Part shown: piece by piece, positions 21,952 through 26,048 of the stretch | How the letters are laid out: the number at the start of each line of letters is the position of its first letter | Position numbering within the stretch: position 1 is the stretch's first letter | Source of the DNA: Candidatus Uhrbacteria bacterium RIFOXYB12_FULL_58_10 | Lineage (GTDB): Bacteria > Patescibacteriota > Patescibacteriia > 2-12-FULL-57-11 | DNA length: 26,048 nt | Direction: 5' to 3' | Assembly (NCBI GenBank): GCA_943359495.1 | Contig: CALRHY010000001.1 | Location: 1-26,048, forward strand | Notes under the pieces: model-generated | What the model was told of the DNA's origin: nothing | The model's database searches: none | Seen by the model: the letters and a program-made list of their open reading frames with translations, nothing else | Position numbers and translations under genes: made by a program

Positions 21952-23382
21952 CTATAACCCCTTCTTCTTTCCCCCATTTTTTTGAAACACAAACAACTCA
22001 CTGGCCGGGAACAACCGCACATCTTCGATACGTTCTTTACCGAGCAGAAGCATCAACAAGCGATCCAAGCCAAGTGCGATACCGCCCGAAGGAGGCATAC
22101 CGATACGAAGTGCATGCATGAAATCTTCGTCTGGGCCAGCCGCAGTCTTGCCCATTTTTTTGCGGAGACGAATGTCGGCGCGTAGACGTTCCTCTTGTTC
22201 GGCGGCGTCATTTAATTCGGTATAGGCATTCGCCAATTCTACGCCGGCAATGTAAAGCTCAAAGCGTTCCGCAAAACGCGGATCGCATTCGGAGCGTTTA
22301 GCGAGCGCGCCCATTTGTATCGGATAGTCATACAAGATTGTTGGAACTTTTCTACCGAGGCATGGCTCAACTTCATTTAAAAAGATGCGGAAAAACAAAT
22401 CATCGTATGCTTCAGCATCGGTCGGACGATACCCTTTTGCTCGGACGGTGCGGCGCAACGCTTCAACATCCAAATTTTTTTCCAAATCCACCGCCGCATA
22501 TTTCTGAAATGCTTCGACAACGGAAATCCGTTCCCATGGGTGGTCGATGTGTACCGTCGTCCCACGAACGCGCAATGTCTGACTGCCACGCATTTCTTTC
22601 GCAAGCGCACGGACAAGTGCTTCACAATCATCCATGATTTCAAGATACGACGCATAGGCGCGGTACCATTCGAGCATGAGGAATTCATGATTGTGCATGC
22701 CTCCCAAATTTTCTTCGTTGCGAAAACTGCGCGAAAATTCAAACAGCTTTTCAAAACCTGCAACCAATAATTTTTTGAGACAGTACTCCGGCGACGTCAC
22801 CAAAAATCCTTGCGCACTCCCCCCATCCGCAGTCGTCACGATTGTTTCGAGCGGCGAAAGATATGGTTCCGCACCAGGCACGGCGACGAGCGACGGCGTG
22901 TCTGCTTCGAGGAAGCCGCGCTTCAAAAAAAATCCACGGATAGCAGCAAGATACTGACCGCGCTGCCGGACGATCTCGCGCCCGGCTGGATCAAGCAGCA
23001 TCCGTTCCCATTGCAACCGTCGTGTCGGCTCAGCATCAGCTGGAACCAACTCGCGTCCACCAGTCGCTCGCACATGCACTGTTCCACTTTTTCCAGTGCC
23101 CTCTTTTTCTACCACACCAGTGATCTCAATAATCGCAAAAATAACAGGAAGTTCTGGAGAAAAAATCTGCACTGCACCAGTCTCATCGCGCAAGACAAAA
23201 GAATCGTCAGCCACAGAAAAGACACGCCCTGTCACCGTGACGGTTTTACCAACAGCGCGCACGATATCTCCAATCCGATGCGTCCGATAGACGCGCGAAG
23301 GAAGCGAGATATGAGCCGTGGAAGCTACCTCAGCTTTTGATTTTTTTACTGGGCGAGTTCGACGGATTGGCTTTTTTTTCAT
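21952..23382 (-). CDS. epmA: EF-P lysine aminoacylase EpmA/GenX-type protein with an additional N-terminal OB-fold-like domain
   Basis: EpmA-type motifs FLVTSPEYCLKKLLVAG, RSFRNEE, HNHEFLMLEWYR, ERFELY...ELANAYTEL and GIALGLDRL; adjacent to efp. Start moved to ATG 23382 (476 aa). Confidence 0.85.
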   Translation of the reverse strand: MKKKPIRRTRPVKKSKAEVASTAHISLPSRVYRTHRIGDIVRAVGKTVTVTGRVFSVADDSFVLRDETGAVQIFSPELPVIFAIIEITGVVEKEGTGKSGTVHVRATGGRELVPADAEPTRRLQWERMLLDPAGREIVRQRGQYLAAIRGFFLKRGFLEADTPSLVAVPGAEPYLSPLETIVTTADGGSAQGFLVTSPEYCLKKLLVAGFEKLFEFSRSFRNEENLGGMHNHEFLMLEWYRAYASYLEIMDDCEALVRALAKEMRGSQTLRVRGTTVHIDHPWERISVVEAFQKYAAVDLEKNLDVEALRRTVRAKGYRPTDAEAYDDLFFRIFLNEVEPCLGRKVPTILYDYPIQMGALAKRSECDPRFAERFELYIAGVELANAYTELNDAAEQEERLRADIRLRKKMGKTAAGPDEDFMHALRIGMPPSGGIALGLDRLLMLLLGKERIEDVRLFPASELFVFQKNGGKKKGL

Positions 23383-23435
23383 ACGGGAGTGCAAGCAGAA
23401 TACCGCATTTTTGCGACGTCGACGAATACAGTAAA

Positions 23436-23511
23436 GTAGCCCTTCGATTACGCCCAACGCTCCACTCAGGGAAGAATATAAAAATGTTCCCTGAGCTTGT
23501 CGAAGGGCTAC
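23436..23511. repeat. Family B nested palindrome (two inverted CCCTGAG...TCGAAGGG modules)
   Basis: Outer arms GTAGCCCTTCGA/TCGAAGGGCTAC; inner arms CTCAGGGA/TCCCTGAG. Confidence 0.75.
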
Positions 23512-23533
23512 CATACTCTCTCGTCGGCAATAA

Positions 23534-23568
23534 AAAAATCCCTCCGACAGTACGTCGGAGGGATTTTT
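23534..23568 (-). terminator. Intrinsic terminator of rpsF-ssb-rpsR
   Basis: Perfect 15-bp inverted repeat AAAAATCCCTCCGAC-agtac-GTCGGAGGGATTTTT, with a T run on the minus strand. Confidence 0.85.
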
Positions 23569-23583
23569 GTTTTCTGGATGTCT

Positions 23584-23811
23584 TCAATCAACAACGAAAG
23601 GAAGCAGTGAGACGATGCGGGCGCGCTTGATGGCGTTGGCCAACTTGCGCTGATGCATGGCACAGACTCCCGAACGGCGGCGCGGCACGATCTTCGCATA
23701 CGAAGAAATATAGCGTCGCAACGTGGTCGTGTCTTTATAATCAATGGCTACTACATTTTTGATGCAGAACCCACAGGATTTTTCAACGACTTTTTTTTGA
23801 TTTCTTTGCAT
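23584..23811 (-). CDS. rpsR: 30S ribosomal protein S18 (Zn-binding C+ type)
   Basis: CGFC...IDYKD...LRRYIS...[26 protein letters not shown]...LLPFV; retains the C/C/C/H Zn ligands. Confidence 0.96.
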   Translation of the reverse strand: MQRNQKKVVEKSCGFCIKNVVAIDYKDTTTLRRYISSYAKIVPRRRSGVCAMHQRKLANAIKRARIVSLLPFVVD

Positions 23812-23816
23812 AAGCG

Positions 23817-24299
23817 CTAAAACGGAATGTCTTCGATTTTAATCTCTTCTTCCGATAGTGTTGCGTTTGGCATTGGTGCGGCGCCTGCGACTGAGATGTC
23901 TGCGGCCGGACCTTCGATGGAGAACCCTGGTGCACCGCCTGCTGGCCGTGGTGCCGGAGCGCCTCCCTGCGGCGGACGATCGAGGATGATCAAGTTGTCA
24001 GCCACGATTTCCGTTCGGTTCCGCTTCGTACCATCTTGCCCGTCCCATTCCCTCGTTTGCAAATGACCTTCGACGTACACCTTGCGGCCCTTGGTCAGAT
24101 ATTGGTTGCAGATGTCCGCGAGCTTGCTCCAGGCGACGATGTTGTGAAATTCTGTCTTCTCTTGCTTCTTGCCATCGCTGCCTGTCCAGACGCGCGAGGT
24201 AGCGACACCAAAAGTCGCAACGTTCTGGCCACTCGTCGTGGTCCGGAGTTCTGGATCACGCGTCAAGTTGCCGATGATCTGTGCTTTATTGAGCGTCAT
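23817..24299 (-). CDS. ssb: Single-stranded DNA-binding protein
   Basis: [42 protein letters not shown] and an acidic IEDIPF tail. Confidence 0.97.
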   Translation of the reverse strand: MTLNKAQIIGNLTRDPELRTTTSGQNVATFGVATSRVWTGSDGKKQEKTEFHNIVAWSKLADICNQYLTKGRKVYVEGHLQTREWDGQDGTKRNRTEIVADNLIILDRPPQGGAPAPRPAGGAPGFSIEGPAADISVAGAAPMPNATLSEEEIKIEDIPF

Positions 24300-24321
24300 A
24301 GCAAGCCGGAAGAAGGATATC

Positions 24322-24810
24322 TTAGGATTGCTCGTTCAAAATTTGATCCAACTTCTTATCGAGATCTTCCATGCTCAATGCGGACGGCTTTGCGACAGCT
24401 GCTATCACTGGTGCTGGCATTGTTTCAGTTGCTGCTGATCCGCGGTAGCTTGGAGTGGTGGCACGATCTTCGCGCGCACGCGTCTTTGCATCTTCAAAGG
24501 AAAGAATCTTCATGGATTCTTTTTCTGGCATGGTGGCGCGGCTGATCTGATAGCGGCCAAGATCGTTTGAAAGGCGCAACACTTCGTTGACCTTTTGCAT
24601 TGCTGCTTCTGGCGCTTCGAAGTAGACAAGGAAAAATTGCCCGTAGCGATTGTTCTTGATCGCGTAGGCGAGCTTCAATTTGCCGACAGATTCGTTGCGG
24701 ACAACTTTCACACCTGCTGCTTCGATCAGCGAGGTGATTTTTGCCTGCAATTCTGGAAGTTCTGCGTCGGTGTGGCGGGCGGGGAGGATGTAGAGGAGTT
24801 CGTACAACAT
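24322..24810 (-). CDS. rpsF: 30S ribosomal protein S6 with C-terminal extension
   Basis: YELLYIL, GKLKLAYAIK...YGQFFLVYFEA. Start at ATG 24810; first gene of the rpsF-ssb-rpsR operon. Confidence 0.93.
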   Translation of the reverse strand: MLYELLYILPARHTDAELPELQAKITSLIEAAGVKVVRNESVGKLKLAYAIKNNRYGQFFLVYFEAPEAAMQKVNEVLRLSNDLGRYQISRATMPEKESMKILSFEDAKTRAREDRATTPSYRGSAATETMPAPVIAAVAKPSALSMEDLDKKLDQILNEQS

Positions 24811-24821
24811 AACGGAAATGA

Positions 24822-24844
24822 GACACGACCAACCGAGCGGTGTC
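24822..24844 (-). promoter_or_regulatory. Possible S6:S18-binding rpsF leader hairpin
   Basis: Minus strand GACAC-CG...GTGTC stem with a CCG motif, 11 nt upstream of the rpsF ATG; resembles the known rpsF leader position and CCR motif. Confidence 0.35.
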
Positions 24845-24857
24845 ATGTATTGGCCGC

Positions 24858-24886
24858 ATGGTAGCGTGACCAGGAAAAAAAGGCAA
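24858..24886 (-). promoter_or_regulatory. Putative rpsF operon promoter
   Basis: TTGCCT-N17-TACCAT on the minus strand. Confidence 0.6.
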
Positions 24887-24938
24887 GGCTCTGCAATAGA
24901 CCGCAGCGATGAAAGCGGGTAGGATAGGCGAAATGGTA

Positions 24939-25033
24939 GGGAAGGGAGTAAACGGGTAAGGGCGTGTGGGAGTATGTCGATACGACCCGCCGCACAAAAC
25001 CTACTCCCTTACGCCCCTACACTCCCTACTCCC
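24939..25033. repeat. Inverted GGGAGTA/TACTCCC simple repeats with G-quadruplex motifs on both strands
   Basis: Five G3 tracts on + (24939-24970) and four C3+ tracts (25006-25033). The arms are mutually complementary. Confidence 0.6.
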
Positions 25034-25044
25034 TAGCACGTTCC

Positions 25045-26047
25045 ATGCCCACACACTTCGCCATTTTCGGCAAAACACCAGCACTCTCCGCAGCAGAGCT
25101 TTTTTTGGTCTGCTCCGAACCGGGAAAAGCATTGCGCGCAGAACGAGTCCACGAAACAGGGATGATATGGGAAAGTGCGGTAGAGCGAGATACCGCGTTC
25201 TGGGACAGGTTGGGCGGATCGATCAAAGCAGGAACTATCATCAAAAAATGCCCAATAGACAGCACGAAAGCTGATCTTTGTGCGACCATCGTTGCCGACC
25301 TCACGGAACGCGTGTTGGAGGGCCGCGTTCTTTTTGGCATCAGTGTGTATGCGTTAGACGCTCAGGGAACGAAACAAGAAAAAACGTTGGCTGGCCTTGG
25401 CGCCGAAGTGAAACACGCGCTAGTGGAAGAAGGACGACAGGCGCGGCATGTCACCTCAAATGACCAAACGCTTTCAGCAGTCACCATCACCAAAAACCAC
25501 CTCCTCGGACCAGGTGTCGAGTACAGCATTTTTTTGGATGGCGGCATGATTGCTTTGGGCGTTACCACCTGGGTCCAACCATACGAAGATTTTTCCGCCC
25601 GTGAATTCGGCCGCCCGCGCGCCAACAGCCGCTCGGGGATGATTCCGGTCAAACTAGCCCGCATGATGTTGCATCTTGCCGACTTACCGACATCTGCAAC
25701 CATTTTGGATCCCTTCTGCGGCTCCGGGACCATCGCGACAGAAGCGCTGGCCTTAGATTTTCAACACGTTATTGCCAGCGACATCTTGGAACGGGCGATC
25801 GAAGAAACAAAAGAGAATAGCGCCTGGATTCTAGAACAAACCCAGACTGCAGGAAAAATCGATGTCATTCATATTCCAGTAGAGCGCCTGGCAGAAAGGG
25901 TCGCGCCTGCAACTATTGATGCAATCATCACCGAACCGCTTCTTGGGCCACCGTTGCGCGGTAGTGAAACACGCGAATTTGTTGAAAAAACCGTAGAAAA
26001 TCTAGAAAAACTGTACATTGCCGCATTTGAACAGTTTTCCCTTGTCT
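25045..26047 (+). CDS. Trm11/UPF0020-like SAM-dependent RNA methyltransferase (3' end outside window)
   Basis: Open from ATG 25045 to the window edge; absent from the ORF track because it has no stop. R.FGRP....RSGMIPVKLARMML, ILDPFCGSGTI (motif I), IASDI and IITEP.LGPP (motif IV-like). Confidence 0.85.
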   Translation, partial: MPTHFAIFGKTPALSAAELFLVCSEPGKALRAERVHETGMIWESAVERDTAFWDRLGGSIKAGTIIKKCPIDSTKADLCATIVADLTERVLEGRVLFGISVYALDAQGTKQEKTLAGLGAEVKHALVEEGRQARHVTSNDQTLSAVTITKNHLLGPGVEYSIFLDGGMIALGVTTWVQPYEDFSAREFGRPRANSRSGMIPVKLARMMLHLADLPTSATILDPFCGSGTIATEALALDFQHVIASDILERAIEETKENSAWILEQTQTAGKIDVIHIPVERLAERVAPATIDAIITEPLLGPPLRGSETREFVEKTVENLEKLYIAAFEQFSLV

Positions 26048-26048
26048 T

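Noticed and set aside
21952-23382. Annotation as lysyl-tRNA synthetase (lysS)
   Set aside because: Motifs TSPEY, FRNEE and EWYR match EpmA rather than LysRS (RIAPELYLKR, FRNEG), and the gene is next to efp. The OB-fold is reported as a finding instead.
23383-23514. N-terminal MVALRQAQG... extension of the EpmA ORF
   Set aside because: It is read-through of the family B palindromic repeat, not coding sequence.

Overview
Mostly housekeeping chromosome of a bacterium that looks like CPR/Patescibacteria. That assignment is inferred from the compact rpoB with its own promoter and no rplJ/rplL upstream, the lack of Shine-Dalgarno (SD) motifs at core genes, and the intergenic repeat families. Gene order: malic enzyme (5' truncated, +), tRNA-Pro(UGG), ruvC, yebC, CDP-alcohol phosphatidyltransferase, rpoC, rpoB (all -); a ~4.8 kb accessory block on + (about 11250-15780); recA, RodZ-like HTH protein, ftsK (-); an orphan ORF (+); efp, an EpmA/GenX-type ligase with an extra N-terminal OB-fold, rpsR, ssb, rpsF (-); and a Trm11-like methyltransferase (+, 3' truncated). 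The accessory block is the most interesting part. It has three tandem sigma70-type promoters facing away from rpoBC. P1 drives ~2.2 kb of densely base-paired sequence with no credible ORF (multi-branch domains, three cUUCGg tetraloops), followed by a high-GC orphan protein with a putative Zn site. P2 drives a structured leader plus a 73-aa basic ORF. P3 drives a ~158-nt rod-like, 6S-like RNA. That RNA's 13-nt pyrimidine bulge is complementary to repeated GAGGAGAGAG motifs in the P1 transcript. All RNA structures were folded by eye. No CRISPR array, integrase, transposase or reverse transcriptase was seen.
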